This document shows positions 49,243 to 60,374 of a stretch of 64,000 nt of DNA, piece after piece; the stretch's first letter is position 1, and the number at the start of each line of letters is the position of its first letter. A program made the position numbers and the translations under genes. The stretch spans positions 1-64,000 of the IMG/VR virus record IMGVR_UViG_3300033562_000245, one strand, 5' to 3'. The notes beneath the pieces are model-generated. The model was not told the DNA's origin and made no database searches. It saw nothing but the letters and a program-made list of their open reading frames with translations. The DNA comes from a virus.

Positions 49243-49638
49243 TTAAATCAAAGTATTTCTGTAACCAGCATCTGTTAGTACTTGTCTCATCTGAGCGATA
49301 GCAACACTATTTACTTCAATGTCATGGATTCTAATATCCACAGTAGTAGCTGCCGACACAAGTTGAATAGTTGCAACATCAACCCAATCGACTGCTATGT
49401 ACACACGACCTTCTGTCTCTGTTTCTAAAGCAATGAAGAGCATGTCGCCAACCAACCCTAGAGTCGGAACAGTCTTGGCTACGTTAGCATGGTACGATGC
49501 AACGTCAGCTTCATTGGCCGCATTCTTATACTTACAGATAGCAGAAACTTCGCCGGAATAAACATTCTGATCATATATGTTTTGGGTTCTTAGTTTAATA
49601 ACACTACCTACATCGAATACTACGTTACCTATTTGCAT
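49243..49638 (-). CDS. hypothetical protein, likely conserved jumbo-phage gene
   Basis: 131 aa beta-rich, RBS GAGAGG. Confidence 0.65.
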   Translation of the reverse strand: MQIGNVVFDVGSVIKLRTQNIYDQNVYSGEVSAICKYKNAANEADVASYHANVAKTVPTLGLVGDMLFIALETETEGRVYIAVDWVDVATIQLVSAATTVDIRIHDIEVNSVAIAQMRQVLTDAGYRNTLI

Positions 49639-49650
49639 GTCTACCTCTCA

Positions 49651-50016
49651 CTATTCTATTCCGTCATCCTTGAAGAAATGAACAGTACAACGAAATAGAT
49701 AGTCTTTAAATTTTTGATTCTCACTTAGTTCTTTGTATGGAACTAAACTAGGATGAGTCTTCTTATCTTCATCTTTCTTCTCCCCATAAACCCAACCGTT
49801 AGCTATCTTATCATTCGTCCATTTCTCATGCATTTCTCTACACGTAAGTCCTGGATTCTCTAGATAGTTCTTAACACCGTCGGCTGTAATTCTTTTCATA
49901 TGACCAGGAAGGTCAGCCCAATTATCTTGCTTGGGCTCACCCACGGTGACAGAGAAACAAGAGTTCAGATTATGGCAAAGTTTAGCAATCTTTCTTATCT
50001 CCGGATACGTCAGCAT
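49651..50016 (-). CDS. RyR-domain protein
   Basis: [35 protein letters not shown] matches the RyR repeat pattern. Confidence 0.85.
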   Translation of the reverse strand: MLTYPEIRKIAKLCHNLNSCFSVTVGEPKQDNWADLPGHMKRITADGVKNYLENPGLTCREMHEKWTNDKIANGWVYGEKKDEDKKTHPSLVPYKELSENQKFKDYLFRCTVHFFKDDGIE

Positions 50017-51928
50017 CTTTTTCCTCTTTGGGCATCGCTCCGCCCACCGATATAATCTTAGAAGAAGTTAGAAGATATAAATGTAGATCTCCGAACCTCT
50101 TTACCAAAGACTCGTTAATAGTTCTTGGTTGCATAACCATTGGGATCTTTAATTCAAATTCATTTTCAATATTCCAGTCCCAACTTTCAGTACCTAGAAT
50201 ATCTTTTATATTTGCAGCCCTCTTATCCAAAATTATACTAGAAACTATTTGCCAGGGGTGCTGCAATACAAAATCAAAGCTACGTTCATTATCAGAAATG
50301 GATTGTCTTAAAATCTTTATTCCGTCGATATAAGCATTGGAAAAATTAGACATACTAACAGCATTGCTAACTCCATGTTTATCTGTATTATCGGAACAAA
50401 ATCTTAGCAGAGTTTCAGCAGCACCAAATTCAAAACCATCTTTAAGAGCGCTTCTTGATGCATAGATAGAATCCTTTACTACAGCTACAGCGGTAGTAGA
50501 ATTATGTACCATACCACCAACCGTAATAACCAATCTCTTAGTATATTTAAGTTTGTGATAAAGTTCGGCCAGATTCATAACATCATCTCTACGAGTATAA
50601 GTCGGGCTACTTAAATGATGTTTCTCGATAGAATCGTTTATAACGTCAGCGAAGTCCTTCATTAGAGGGAATTCTGTGTTGTTAAAGAAAGGGTGTACGA
50701 TATCGTTTTCAGGATTTTCGTACAAACCGTTAATCGTGATCGTAGACTGATCAAAATCAATGTCAACGCCCTTGCCGTCGATACCGGTAATAACAGGAAA
50801 CATTTCCAAAGGATGCGTTGGTTCTTTACCTGATACTAGATTTAGAACGTGCATGTCATTTAGTCTACTATCCAAAGGTGTGTGTCGAATAATAGCGACG
50901 GTATTGTTCTGATAATTATCATCTTTAAGGAACTCGAAACAAGAATTAATACCTTTGGTTGTTTCATCGTCCATAGCATCACAATGGATAATAACAAGAG
51001 GTTTGTTCTCAATAACATGTTCTTTAATCATATCAATCAAAGCATCATAGAAAACCCTATGTCCAAGCATAATAGGATGAGTTAAAGCAACAAGAGTCGC
51101 TCCTTTATAAGAGAGTTCATTACCTCCCTTAATATTAAGCATACTTCGGTTCATAATTCTACCGTGAGTAGTGAACTGATCTTCCGTATATGAAATAACA
51201 AACCTATTACTCTCTTTCTCATAAACATTCTTTCTGAAGAAGAGATAGTCCCAGGATTCTTCTGGTGATTCTGCATACAACTTAGCAACGGCTTTAGATA
51301 ATTCAACATCGCCATGGGAAGAAGTAAATGCTTGACTATACGCAATATAGTAAACTATGTTTCTTCTTACTTTAGCGACAACTTCAGGAGTAACATCAAC
51401 TCCTCCGTTAGTAAGGAACTCAATGGCCGATGCAAGTTCTTTTTCCACTGACATACAGTGATAGTTACTATACTCAATATATTCGGCAAGAAACATGTCA
51501 TAGGTTCTTTTAAGAGTGTGGTAATTTATTCTATTGCCATCTGCTTTAATTTTAGCTATAACTTTATTTAAACTCTGCATTGTTCCGATGCTGATAATAA
51601 TAGCCGAAGTTGTGCCATCACCTGCTACATTATCAGAACTAGTTGCCACATAAGCAATAAGTCTTCTAAGAACATCGTAGATAGGATTGGTAAGTCTGAG
51701 GCTATTGATAATATCAGAACCATCTTTAGAAAAGGTAGGTCTATCCGGACACGAAATCCTATCGTCAATAATAACGAACGACGATTCGGGACCTGAATGA
51801 TCTTTCATTGTATCGAGGATAATAGCACAAACATCATCAAAGTATTGTCTGAATGTTTTTTCATCGACGATATTGGTCATACCTTTAAAAGCTGAAAGAT
51901 TAGATAGAGCTAAAGAACTTGATTCCAT
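49982..51928 (-). CDS. groEL: divergent GroEL-like chaperonin
   Basis: [34 protein letters not shown] motifs in chaperonin order; 648 aa. Confidence 0.82.
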   Translation of the reverse strand: MESSSLALSNLSAFKGMTNIVDEKTFRQYFDDVCAIILDTMKDHSGPESSFVIIDDRISCPDRPTFSKDGSDIINSLRLTNPIYDVLRRLIAYVATSSDNVAGDGTTSAIIISIGTMQSLNKVIAKIKADGNRINYHTLKRTYDMFLAEYIEYSNYHCMSVEKELASAIEFLTNGGVDVTPEVVAKVRRNIVYYIAYSQAFTSSHGDVELSKAVAKLYAESPEESWDYLFFRKNVYEKESNRFVISYTEDQFTTHGRIMNRSMLNIKGGNELSYKGATLVALTHPIMLGHRVFYDALIDMIKEHVIENKPLVIIHCDAMDDETTKGINSCFEFLKDDNYQNNTVAIIRHTPLDSRLNDMHVLNLVSGKEPTHPLEMFPVITGIDGKGVDIDFDQSTITINGLYENPENDIVHPFFNNTEFPLMKDFADVINDSIEKHHLSSPTYTRRDDVMNLAELYHKLKYTKRLVITVGGMVHNSTTAVAVVKDSIYASRSALKDGFEFGAAETLLRFCSDNTDKHGVSNAVSMSNFSNAYIDGIKILRQSISDNERSFDFVLQHPWQIVSSIILDKRAANIKDILGTESWDWNIENEFELKIPMVMQPRTINESLVKRFGDLHLYLLTSSKIISVGGAMPKEEKDADVSGDKKDC

Positions 51929-51956
51929 TTATAATTTTTCCTTGGGTTAGTTTTTA

Positions 51957-52268
51957 TTATTTATTAGATGATAAATTTTTCATTATCTCTGATTTTTCTA
52001 TATCGATTTTAATTATCTTCTCTTTTATTCTTTGGAAAGAAGCGTAATCTAAATCTAATATATCGAATAGAGACAATTTAAGTTGGTCACACATATTAGT
52101 TGCAGTAACAACTTCAAATACTTTATCAAAATAGTAACTGGGATTGTTATTTGCATCGTCATAAAAAGATATGTATTTATGACTATTCGTTACTTTTACT
52201 AATTGATCTCTATTGAAACATTCGTCATTCATAATCTGGAAGGCATAGTCTTTATTATGCCCGTCCAA
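51957..52268 (-). CDS. hypothetical protein
   Basis: 103 aa, AAGGAGGGGAG SD upstream. Confidence 0.6.
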   Translation of the reverse strand: MDGHNKDYAFQIMNDECFNRDQLVKVTNSHKYISFYDDANNNPSYYFDKVFEVVTATNMCDQLKLSLFDILDLDYASFQRIKEKIIKIDIEKSEIMKNLSSNK

Positions 52269-52318
52269 AGTATCTAAGAAGGCTCTCCCCTCCTTATCGT
52301 AATTCTGTATATACCCTA

Positions 52319-53827
52319 TTAATTTCTCCCTACCGACGAGAGTATTCGGTAGGACAGGAAGAAAAAAAGTTGTTGCATGTCCGCCGGATAGATATCTGAT
52401 TTGATATCGTTAGGTGTTCCGCCGCACTTAGGACATTTGACTCCCGGGTATGCCATAAAGGATACTTTCGTTTTCTTGATAAACTCATCCTCAATTCGAG
52501 TCATAATATCTTTTTCTTGAATAACGAAAATATCTAAAGCATGAAGAATAATATCTCTATCTGCAGATATTGACCAATTAGGTCCTTGGACATCAGTTTC
52601 TATTTCAAAGACCCAAGGAAGATAAGAGTAAGAAGCAAGAGACAATAGTTTCTGTACAAAATTCTTAGCTTCCACAGATTCACCATGAAGACCTGAGAAT
52701 AATTTAGCGGCAAGCGTATGTCCAATCTGAAGATATTTCCACATAGAAGGGGTTTCACAGTGAATGGTTACCCCATCAGAAACAATCTTTCTTTCGAAGA
52801 CCAGCTTTTCTTTATAAGCTTTAATCATTTCTAAATTAATAGAATCGCTTTCTGCTTGAAGAACAGTTTTGATATTATCATCGGTCAGAAGTTTATAATC
52901 ATTATATCTGATCTTATTAAGATCTATCTTAACAGTTTCTACGTGGCCACAATCTTTGTGAATACAAGGAATGTTATATTCCAGACCGTCTTTAAATAGG
53001 AGTTGGCACACTGCTCCTATGAGTATATCGTAATCCTGAATATCTAGAGCCTTCTCAAACTCTTTCGACGTTTCCCAATTCTTTAAAGATGAGTCGATAA
53101 TACTACCAACAATAAGATCCATGAACTGCTGTTTGATTCTAAAATCTTGGAATAGGTAGTAATGGCCGCCGTACAACCGACCATAGATTTTATCTTCGAT
53201 ATCAACAGATTCAAAGAATGAATTTAATTCTGCGATTGAGAATGGTTTAATAACCACCCAAATACCTGAATTGAATAAAGGTGTTTTAGCATACCCGTGA
53301 ATATTTCTAATCAAAGATACTTTGCCTTGTTTACCTGATAGTCTTTTGGGTCCTGCTGGTATAGATCCTTGGAGAGGTTCCGGCATGCTTATTTGCGAAC
53401 CAAACATACCCTCAGCAGCAGCAACTCCTCCATGTTTTTTAGCATCTGTCAGCATTTCTGCTATGAGGTTTACATTAGTTTCCATACGGTTCATATGGTT
53501 ATAAACTTCTCTAATTTTAGACTCATAAGAATCGTCATCTTTAAGATTCTTAGTAAGAAGATCTTTTTCTTCTTTGGTTCCTTTATCGAGAATATTAATA
53601 AAAGCTTCAACAATTTCATTGACTTCAGGTCTTGATTTATTGAATAGTACAAGTTCATCGATAAGAGCCGAAGCAGTCCCTATTTTCTTAGGCTCAAGGA
53701 TCTCTTTATCAGAGGAAATAGACGGGGTCTGTGTAGGTATAGTAGGCACTTCAATTACTCGCACAGGTTCCTGCGAAACAGGCGTCGAACTTTCTTCGTT
53801 CGATTTGACATTGTCATCGATTGTCAT
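52319..53827 (-). CDS. putative baseplate hub-like protein (T4 gp26-like C-terminal half)
   Basis: LDIQDYDILI...LFKDG..PC..KDCGH and KCPKCG zinc motifs; PLFNSGIWV..KP. Confidence 0.6.
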   Translation of the reverse strand: MTIDDNVKSNEESSTPVSQEPVRVIEVPTIPTQTPSISSDKEILEPKKIGTASALIDELVLFNKSRPEVNEIVEAFINILDKGTKEEKDLLTKNLKDDDSYESKIREVYNHMNRMETNVNLIAEMLTDAKKHGGVAAAEGMFGSQISMPEPLQGSIPAGPKRLSGKQGKVSLIRNIHGYAKTPLFNSGIWVVIKPFSIAELNSFFESVDIEDKIYGRLYGGHYYLFQDFRIKQQFMDLIVGSIIDSSLKNWETSKEFEKALDIQDYDILIGAVCQLLFKDGLEYNIPCIHKDCGHVETVKIDLNKIRYNDYKLLTDDNIKTVLQAESDSINLEMIKAYKEKLVFERKIVSDGVTIHCETPSMWKYLQIGHTLAAKLFSGLHGESVEAKNFVQKLLSLASYSYLPWVFEIETDVQGPNWSISADRDIILHALDIFVIQEKDIMTRIEDEFIKKTKVSFMAYPGVKCPKCGGTPNDIKSDIYPADMQQLFFFLSYRILSSVGRN

Positions 53828-53858
53828 TTATATTGTTCCTTTTATTGTTGACGTTAAT

Positions 53859-54398
53859 CTACATTAACATTAATTTATTGTAACACGCTTTAATAACAAC
53901 AGCGTCCCACAAAGCATTGTGTTTACAGGGCTCGACTTTTAAAATATCTTTCACAAAGTCTTCTCTGCTTGTGTCGGGATCTACTCCTTTTATTTTAAAC
54001 AGCGTCGATAGATCTAGTGGGATGTAAGATATGTTCTTAGGTATATCAAAAGCAGTCCCAAAAAGATTATTAAATAGAACCCAGTCGTACGCATAACAAT
54101 CAGACCACATTTCTATTTTATCATACGCTGATAACCACTCTAAAAGATATTCTCTTATTTTGTCTTTACCGTGACGGATATAAGTATCTCCAGACTTAGC
54201 TACACGAATTGAATTAGGTTTTAATATTAGTTTGTTTATAATATTAGTTTGTAACCATAGATCAATCTGAGTCTTATCATAATCAGTAAATTCAGCATAA
54301 AACATTTTACTATCGTCGGCTACGATACCTAAGGATATTAAAGTAGTTCCCTGATGAAGACCTGTGAATTCGGTATCAAAAAATAAATTGGTAGCCAT
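53859..54398 (-). CDS. 3'-5' exoribonuclease (DEDDh, Rv2179c-like)
   Basis: FFDTEFTG...LISLGIV, YDWVLF, HNALWDA. Confidence 0.85.
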   Translation of the reverse strand: MATNLFFDTEFTGLHQGTTLISLGIVADDSKMFYAEFTDYDKTQIDLWLQTNIINKLILKPNSIRVAKSGDTYIRHGKDKIREYLLEWLSAYDKIEMWSDCYAYDWVLFNNLFGTAFDIPKNISYIPLDLSTLFKIKGVDPDTSREDFVKDILKVEPCKHNALWDAVVIKACYNKLMLM

Positions 54399-54404
54399 GT
54401 GAAC

Positions 54405-54878
54405 TTACCTTTCCGGCAATAAAAAGAAATCGGACAAGTGGTCTCCGAATGACATTACTATTTTAATACAACCTTCTTGGTTTTCGCATTCTTTAATCCA
54501 AAGGTCCCAGTTCTCATCTAGTAGCTTAATGAAGCCTTCATTATTACCTCTTTCTTTATACCTTTGGATATACTCATTTTTTAAAGTTATATGCGGATAT
54601 AAAAGAATAAATGGAAGATTCTCTTTAACCAAAGCTTCTCTAACGAGCTTATGACTTGAGACGCAAATATAGTCAACCTTTCCGATTTTTTCTTTAATAT
54701 GGGAAATATAATTCCCAGGAAAAAATTTCTTATCAAATTTACTAGAATCGGAATCTAAAACCGTATCAGGTATCCCATCAGCACTATCAAAAAAGTGACT
54801 CTTTCCTGTACCAGGAAAAGCTGATATTATTATTGTATCTTTAATTATAGATTCAAGCGGCTCTATTTTTATACCCAT
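54405..54878 (-). CDS. small P-loop NTPase/kinase-like protein
   Basis: IISAFPGTGKS Walker A; DSDSS; EYIQRYKERGN. Confidence 0.8.
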   Translation of the reverse strand: MGIKIEPLESIIKDTIIISAFPGTGKSHFFDSADGIPDTVLDSDSSKFDKKFFPGNYISHIKEKIGKVDYICVSSHKLVREALVKENLPFILLYPHITLKNEYIQRYKERGNNEGFIKLLDENWDLWIKECENQEGCIKIVMSFGDHLSDFFLLPER

Positions 54879-54944
54879 TATACCCCCTACCTAGACTGAA
54901 AAATTGAATGTGCAGAATTATTAACATATGATTGGTTAGAACAT

Positions 54945-54990
54945 TAAAAAAATAATTTATCTATGTAGTTGGGGGCAATGCCCCCAACTA
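54945..54990 (-). terminator. terminator
   Basis: 11-bp stem TAGTTGGGGGC/GCCCCCAACTA; displaced TTATTTTTTT on the minus strand. Confidence 0.75.
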
Positions 54991-54994
54991 TCAG

Positions 54995-55819
54995 TCAAAT
55001 CAATAGGAAATATAAAGGCTGAACACTTCTAACTATAACGGCAGCATCTTCATAAAAGAATTCATAATAAAGAATTGACCCTGATAATACGATTACAGCT
55101 ACACACACAGCGTCTTTTTGTGTCTTTTCATAAGCTATAGCTACTGTATTTAAACCCTCTATAAATGGTAAATGAGTTTCTGAATAGGTAAACCCCGGAC
55201 AGCTTTCCGAATTGATATGAAGAAAATTAACCTCGCTTTTAATAGCGCAATTCAATTTTAATTGTATCTTTTCTTTTTTAACTGTACTATCTTTTTCTAC
55301 CAATAAAGAATCTATTATAGAGTCCAGAGAATGTGTATATATAACCATGCTCTTTTCTATTTCATAGTTCCATTCGATCTCTGCTTCTGTTTTTTTATTT
55401 TTAAATAATTTCTCAACTGTATTAATATAATGATTAAAGTCAGGTATTATTATTAAATGATCCTTTTTAATCAGTTCAGGAAAACATTCAAACATTAAAT
55501 TAGTAAAAGTTTCTTCTTTAAACGTAACAGAATGCAGGATTGTTTTATTTATGTTTAATACTAATAACCCATCGTTAATGTTATTATCTTTCTTATTTGA
55601 ATTTACCAGAAAATTCCACTTATTATCTTTGTAATATAGAAATTTAGATCGTTTACTAAACATAGAACTTGTATATGTCTTTATAAGTTTAATCGCATCT
55701 TTCCTTAGAACTTTAACATTCTTTTTAGGCGATACTATTTTCACCTTATTGCTTTCTAATTTATCTAAATCTATAAATCCATCTAAAGATAATAAATCTA
55801 CACTTTCTTCGTCCGACAT
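54995..55819 (-). CDS. hypothetical protein
   Basis: 274 aa, RBS AAGGA. Confidence 0.7.
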   Translation of the reverse strand: MSDEESVDLLSLDGFIDLDKLESNKVKIVSPKKNVKVLRKDAIKLIKTYTSSMFSKRSKFLYYKDNKWNFLVNSNKKDNNINDGLLVLNINKTILHSVTFKEETFTNLMFECFPELIKKDHLIIIPDFNHYINTVEKLFKNKKTEAEIEWNYEIEKSMVIYTHSLDSIIDSLLVEKDSTVKKEKIQLKLNCAIKSEVNFLHINSESCPGFTYSETHLPFIEGLNTVAIAYEKTQKDAVCVAVIVLSGSILYYEFFYEDAAVIVRSVQPLYFLLI

Positions 55820-55846
55820 ACCATAAATCCTTTTAGAATTGTCTAT

Positions 55847-56044
55847 TTATCTTTTTCCGATAGCCCATATTCTATTAAAGAAACTTATCTTTTTAATCGG
55901 CTTTCTTGTTGTTATAGGTTTTCGCATGCAATCGTACAGCATAACATCTAATTTTCTACTTTTCTTCTCTAGCTGAGTCAAGGCTAAATGTAATTCTGGC
56001 GTTAGATAGTTTGTTACTGAGTGACATGGCACACATTCTTTCAT
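55847..56044 (-). CDS. small hypothetical protein
   Basis: 65 aa, fills the gap in a minus-strand operon; AGGA upstream. Confidence 0.5.
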   Translation of the reverse strand: MKECVPCHSVTNYLTPELHLALTQLEKKSRKLDVMLYDCMRKPITTRKPIKKISFFNRIWAIGKR

Positions 56045-56087
56045 TTTTATTCAACGTCCTGTTTGTTTGAAATACCTCGATTAAAGT

Positions 56088-56663
56088 TTAGATACTTCTT
56101 TCCACGTATCGAATAAAATTCACAGGGAATAATTTGTTATACTTGCCTATTACTTCTGTTGAAGTCTGCTTGATCTGAGTTTTGTGTCCGGCTAGACTAA
56201 TATTCGCACGATCTATTAACTTTGCAGCAGTCTCTACTAAAAGCATAGCGCTCAAGAATTCGTTGTCCAAAGCAATATTAAGATTACTAATATCTTCAGT
56301 GCTCAATTCTGCAACGGTAGAAACAGAATTTCCACCAAAAGTATTAAAGGAGTTAATAGTCTCTACAAGATCTAAAGTGTAATTCTTTTCTCTCTTAAAT
56401 TTAATATCTTTCGTACGCAAATACGTCGCCGAAGTAAGTTTCTTGTTTACTATTTCCCATGAAGAAATAGATACATCTCCGTTATTAAGCATAGCATCGA
56501 AAGTCATTTTAACTGCTTTTTCTATCGCAGACTTATCGGCATTCTCTCTTGTTTCCGGGCTAAGTTGAAACTGGATATATTCTACCAATAAATTAATACA
56601 AACACCTTCTTTTATTAGATGTTTCGTCTTGTCCATTACAATCTCATTCGCGTCTATTCCCAC
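56088..56663 (-). CDS. hypothetical protein
   Basis: GTG start with AAGGGG, 191 aa. Confidence 0.65.
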   Translation of the reverse strand: MGIDANEIVMDKTKHLIKEGVCINLLVEYIQFQLSPETRENADKSAIEKAVKMTFDAMLNNGDVSISSWEIVNKKLTSATYLRTKDIKFKREKNYTLDLVETINSFNTFGGNSVSTVAELSTEDISNLNIALDNEFLSAMLLVETAAKLIDRANISLAGHKTQIKQTSTEVIGKYNKLFPVNFIRYVERSI

Positions 56664-56768
56664 AATTAGATCCCCTTATGTTTTTATTTATATTACAGTC
56701 GAAAGTATATTTTTAAGAACTTTTACTATAGAATAGCTAAAATTATCGATAACTAATGGAGCTCTATC

Positions 56769-58895
56769 ATGAATAAAAATATAGATTTAACTTCACAAAA
56801 TTCTAATAAAAAGAATTCAAGGGAAGATGTTTTAAGAGAGTATTTTACAAACGTTTCTACTTTTGTTTCAACAATGACCGAGGACGATATAAAAGATGTC
56901 GAATCTTTTATGCGGGGTCATTTAAAAGAAAAGATACAGTACCCAACAATAAGAAACGTACAACGAAAAGGTGGGCAGTTAAAGACGGTAGATGAAAATC
57001 TATATAGTTTTACTAAACGTACTAATGATGCGTTCCATATAGTTTCACCTAGCGGCAGTAGTTATAAAAGAATAAGTAAAATGTATGGGCTTATAGCTAA
57101 ATTTATAAGAAGCTTAGTTGATAAAAGAGACCAGGCTAAAAACAGAATGAAGGTATACGAAAAAGAAGGAAAGAAAGTACTTGCTGAAAACGAGAATTAT
57201 AACCAAGCTAACGCTAAGATAAATAACAATGCGTTATCTGGCGCTACTCTATCAGAATTTAATCTGTTTTATGATGCGGGTAATTATAATAGTATTACAT
57301 CTTCTGCTCGAACTGTTGTCACCGCATCTTTTACGAATATAGAACAGCTTCTCGGTGGTAACTTTGCTTTCTTTGATATCGATCAAGTAATCAACCACGT
57401 AGTTCTATGTCAAAGAATAAAGCCCTCTGATGAAGTTATCCAACAAACTATAAATAAATATAGATTGTACACACCTACCGTGGTTGACGTTATAAATTTC
57501 TTATTCGAATGTATTGAAATGTACATACTTCCTACGGATTTTATTCCCGTTAAAGAAACTATAACTGAGTTGTGCAATAAATTAAATCAACATACTTTAA
57601 TTTTTATTTATTATTATAATAATTTAAGTCATATTTTCTTTAAGAACTCGGCTATATTTAAACCTTGGGTTAAAAGATTTATGGATATTAACTCAGCAGA
57701 CAAGATCACAACCAATCCGTCTGATCTATTAGAAATAGATGAGGATATATTAGCTATAGCTACTGTCTGCAACGCATCTTTATTTGAAGGAAAGAAAACA
57801 AAAGATCTAATTGATAACTTCCCAGAAACTGCATGTAAAATAGCAGATATAAATAAACATAGGCAAAAACAAATAGATGCTATTGGTTTGCTGTTAGACA
57901 CCTTTATTTACTCTAGTCATGTTTCTCCTAATTTACATGTACAAAAGAAAATGATGAGAAAGACAGTTGTTATAGCAGATACCGATTCTAATTTTTTCAG
58001 TACCATCAATTGGGTTAGATGGTACAGTAACAATGAATTTGAAGACATACCTGAGAATGATGAAATAACTATGCTTGTTATTTATTTGGTCACTAAAATA
58101 ACAGCAGCAATGCTGTATAAATTAGCTATGTCTTTAGGTGCGGAAAAGGATAAGGCTAAACTTCTTATAATGAAGAATGAATTCTTTTATAAAGTTCTTC
58201 TTACTATTTTGGATATGAAGAAGCATTATGTTGGTCTCCAATCTATTAAAGAGGGATTTATACTACCTAAACCTAAATTAGATTTAAAAGGTGTAGGATT
58301 AAGAGGTAGTTCGATATGTAAAGAATCTACCGATACGTTTAAAGATATTCTAATTAACGATATCCTACATAAAGGTATAACAGGGAAAATAAGCGGTCAA
58401 GATATAATCAACAAAGTTGTTAATTTTGAATATGCCGTATACGATTCTCTGTATAGAGGAGAAACAACCTATTTAAAAAATACAAGTATTAGATTACCGG
58501 AGGATTATAAAAATCCTGGCGCAGCTGCCTATAAATATGCCGAAGCATGGAATGTTATTTTCGATGGTATATATGATAAAATTATGTTACCTACAAAATC
58601 AACTATAGTCCCTCTTAACAAACCTTCTAAGCAGTTTATGGACAACTTGGAGGCTACCAGCCCTATCGTATTTAAGAACTTTAGCGCTTCAATCAGAGAT
58701 AATGGATATCCTTCTTTTATAGCAATCCATCCTCTATCAGAAACAGTGCCTAAAGAATTACTACCTTTAGTTGACGCAAGACCTATCGTTTATCACAATT
58801 TATCCGGCGTATACAACGTACTTAGAAATATAGGTATATGCATAGGGTACTCAGATAAAGAACTTTTATTTTCAGATATTTATGGGAGCAGATAA
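56769..58895 (+). CDS. family B DNA polymerase, polymerase-domain subunit (phiKZ gp82-like)
   Basis: KINNNALSG, SITSSAR, VVIADTDS, MKNEF, KKHY, KGVGLRGS motifs. Confidence 0.9.
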   Translation: MNKNIDLTSQNSNKKNSREDVLREYFTNVSTFVSTMTEDDIKDVESFMRGHLKEKIQYPTIRNVQRKGGQLKTVDENLYSFTKRTNDAFHIVSPSGSSYKRISKMYGLIAKFIRSLVDKRDQAKNRMKVYEKEGKKVLAENENYNQANAKINNNALSGATLSEFNLFYDAGNYNSITSSARTVVTASFTNIEQLLGGNFAFFDIDQVINHVVLCQRIKPSDEVIQQTINKYRLYTPTVVDVINFLFECIEMYILPTDFIPVKETITELCNKLNQHTLIFIYYYNNLSHIFFKNSAIFKPWVKRFMDINSADKITTNPSDLLEIDEDILAIATVCNASLFEGKKTKDLIDNFPETACKIADINKHRQKQIDAIGLLLDTFIYSSHVSPNLHVQKKMMRKTVVIADTDSNFFSTINWVRWYSNNEFEDIPENDEITMLVIYLVTKITAAMLYKLAMSLGAEKDKAKLLIMKNEFFYKVLLTILDMKKHYVGLQSIKEGFILPKPKLDLKGVGLRGSSICKESTDTFKDILINDILHKGITGKISGQDIINKVVNFEYAVYDSLYRGETTYLKNTSIRLPEDYKNPGAAAYKYAEAWNVIFDGIYDKIMLPTKSTIVPLNKPSKQFMDNLEATSPIVFKNFSASIRDNGYPSFIAIHPLSETVPKELLPLVDARPIVYHNLSGVYNVLRNIGICIGYSDKELLFSDIYGSR

Positions 58896-58897
58896 CA

Positions 58898-59488
58898 ATG
58901 ACACCGACTAAACCAAATAGTTTGATAGACGAAGAAAATTTAGAATCATTATTGAGCTTTGAGCTTGAGTCTAAAAAAGAATACGAATTTTATAAAAACA
59001 CAGACAGACCGCCAAGTAAATATGAAATCGAGATATACGACACACTACAAGAATATACAAAAAGTAGAGACTCTATCGTTCTAGTCGATGTACTAAATAT
59101 CCTAGAAATAAAACCTCCACTAGATATCGAGGTATGGTATCATGTCACTATAGAAGAAATATATAAGAGGGTAGAAAAATATAAACTCGGCGATAATAAA
59201 ATGGAAGAAATGGTAGCTCTAAAAAGAAAACAAAGACAAGAGCAATGCAATGAAGTCTCCGATTTAGTATACGAACAGGCGGTCGCTAAAGTTCCTTTTA
59301 AACAAATAGTACTTAATTTAAAAGAAAAAGGATACTTAAGAACAGATCTAACTACCGATTGGTGTAATGCCGACGTAGTCAGTATTTTGGCTGTCAGAAA
59401 AAGAAAAGGTCTACCCTCTACTACATTCTCAAGAATCCATGCTGGTAGCAACTACGGTATTAATTTTCAAAAAGGCTGGGCTCAATGA
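58898..59488 (+). CDS. hypothetical protein
   Basis: 196 aa, translationally coupled to the polymerase gene. Confidence 0.65.
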   Translation: MTPTKPNSLIDEENLESLLSFELESKKEYEFYKNTDRPPSKYEIEIYDTLQEYTKSRDSIVLVDVLNILEIKPPLDIEVWYHVTIEEIYKRVEKYKLGDNKMEEMVALKRKQRQEQCNEVSDLVYEQAVAKVPFKQIVLNLKEKGYLRTDLTTDWCNADVVSILAVRKRKGLPSTTFSRIHAGSNYGINFQKGWAQ

Positions 59489-59940
59489 TGGTATTGGTGT
59501 TGTTATTTTGTTTTGCTTTATCTGTTTACCTTCTACCTGTAGCAAAAAGATTGCGGACAGAACGAGAAAAAAGAATTAAAGAAGACATAGGAAATGCAGT
59601 CCCGATCTTTTTTAATGTGATCGGCGCACATCCGATAGACGCAGATGGAATCTTAATAGTTATAAAAACTACTAAGACAATTCTAACGTATTATATCGGA
59701 ACAACAAGTATTAATAAAATTCAACTTATCTGTACATCAGATAACGCACCCGAGCGATACGTTTTAGTTCTCAATAAAGATGTAAAATATCTAACTCTTT
59801 ATTTTCAGAACAATAAGCAATTAGAATTTTATTTCGATCTTGAAAGTAAAAATTGGATACATATTGAAGATGATTATTCTGACGAATCTAATAAATCTCG
59901 CGATTTAATGGTAGATTCGGCAATATGTTCTATCCATTGA
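59485..59940 (+). CDS. membrane-anchored protein, local paralog family
   Basis: N-terminal TM, beta-rich body ending YFDLESKNW. Confidence 0.7.
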   Translation: MMVLVLLFCFALSVYLLPVAKRLRTEREKRIKEDIGNAVPIFFNVIGAHPIDADGILIVIKTTKTILTYYIGTTSINKIQLICTSDNAPERYVLVLNKDVKYLTLYFQNNKQLEFYFDLESKNWIHIEDDYSDESNKSRDLMVDSAICSIH

Positions 59941-59964
59941 AAATGAATAATAAAAGGAGTTAAA

Positions 59965-60372
59965 ATGAACATCTATGCTGCTATTACTTATTTCTCTATA
60001 GTAGGCGTCTTATTTTTGATATGTATTTCCTATTACCGAAAAATGTTCGTAGAAGTAACTATATACCCTATTAAGTATATAATCGGCGAATGTGAACAAA
60101 TAGACAATATGACAATTATTAGGACAATAGGTGTTACACATGTTTATATAACAAATAACACAGGAGAACTAATAACAACTAAGGTTCCCATACATAAACA
60201 AATTATGAGATACATCGGAGTTTATTATAACGGTTATAAATATTTAGTTATATATTTGATGGATAACACTACTGTATATTTTAAATGGGACTCTTCTATC
60301 AAAAGTTGGGTAGAAGTGTCAACCGTATTTTTAGAAATTACAACGTATAAAAACAAAAAGGAGTTCACTTAA
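59965..60372 (+). CDS. membrane-anchored protein, local paralog family
   Basis: N-terminal TM, ends YFKWDSSIKSW; RBS AAGGAG. Confidence 0.72.
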   Translation: MNIYAAITYFSIVGVLFLICISYYRKMFVEVTIYPIKYIIGECEQIDNMTIIRTIGVTHVYITNNTGELITTKVPIHKQIMRYIGVYYNGYKYLVIYLMDNTTVYFKWDSSIKSWVEVSTVFLEITTYKNKKEFT

Positions 60373-60374
60373 AA

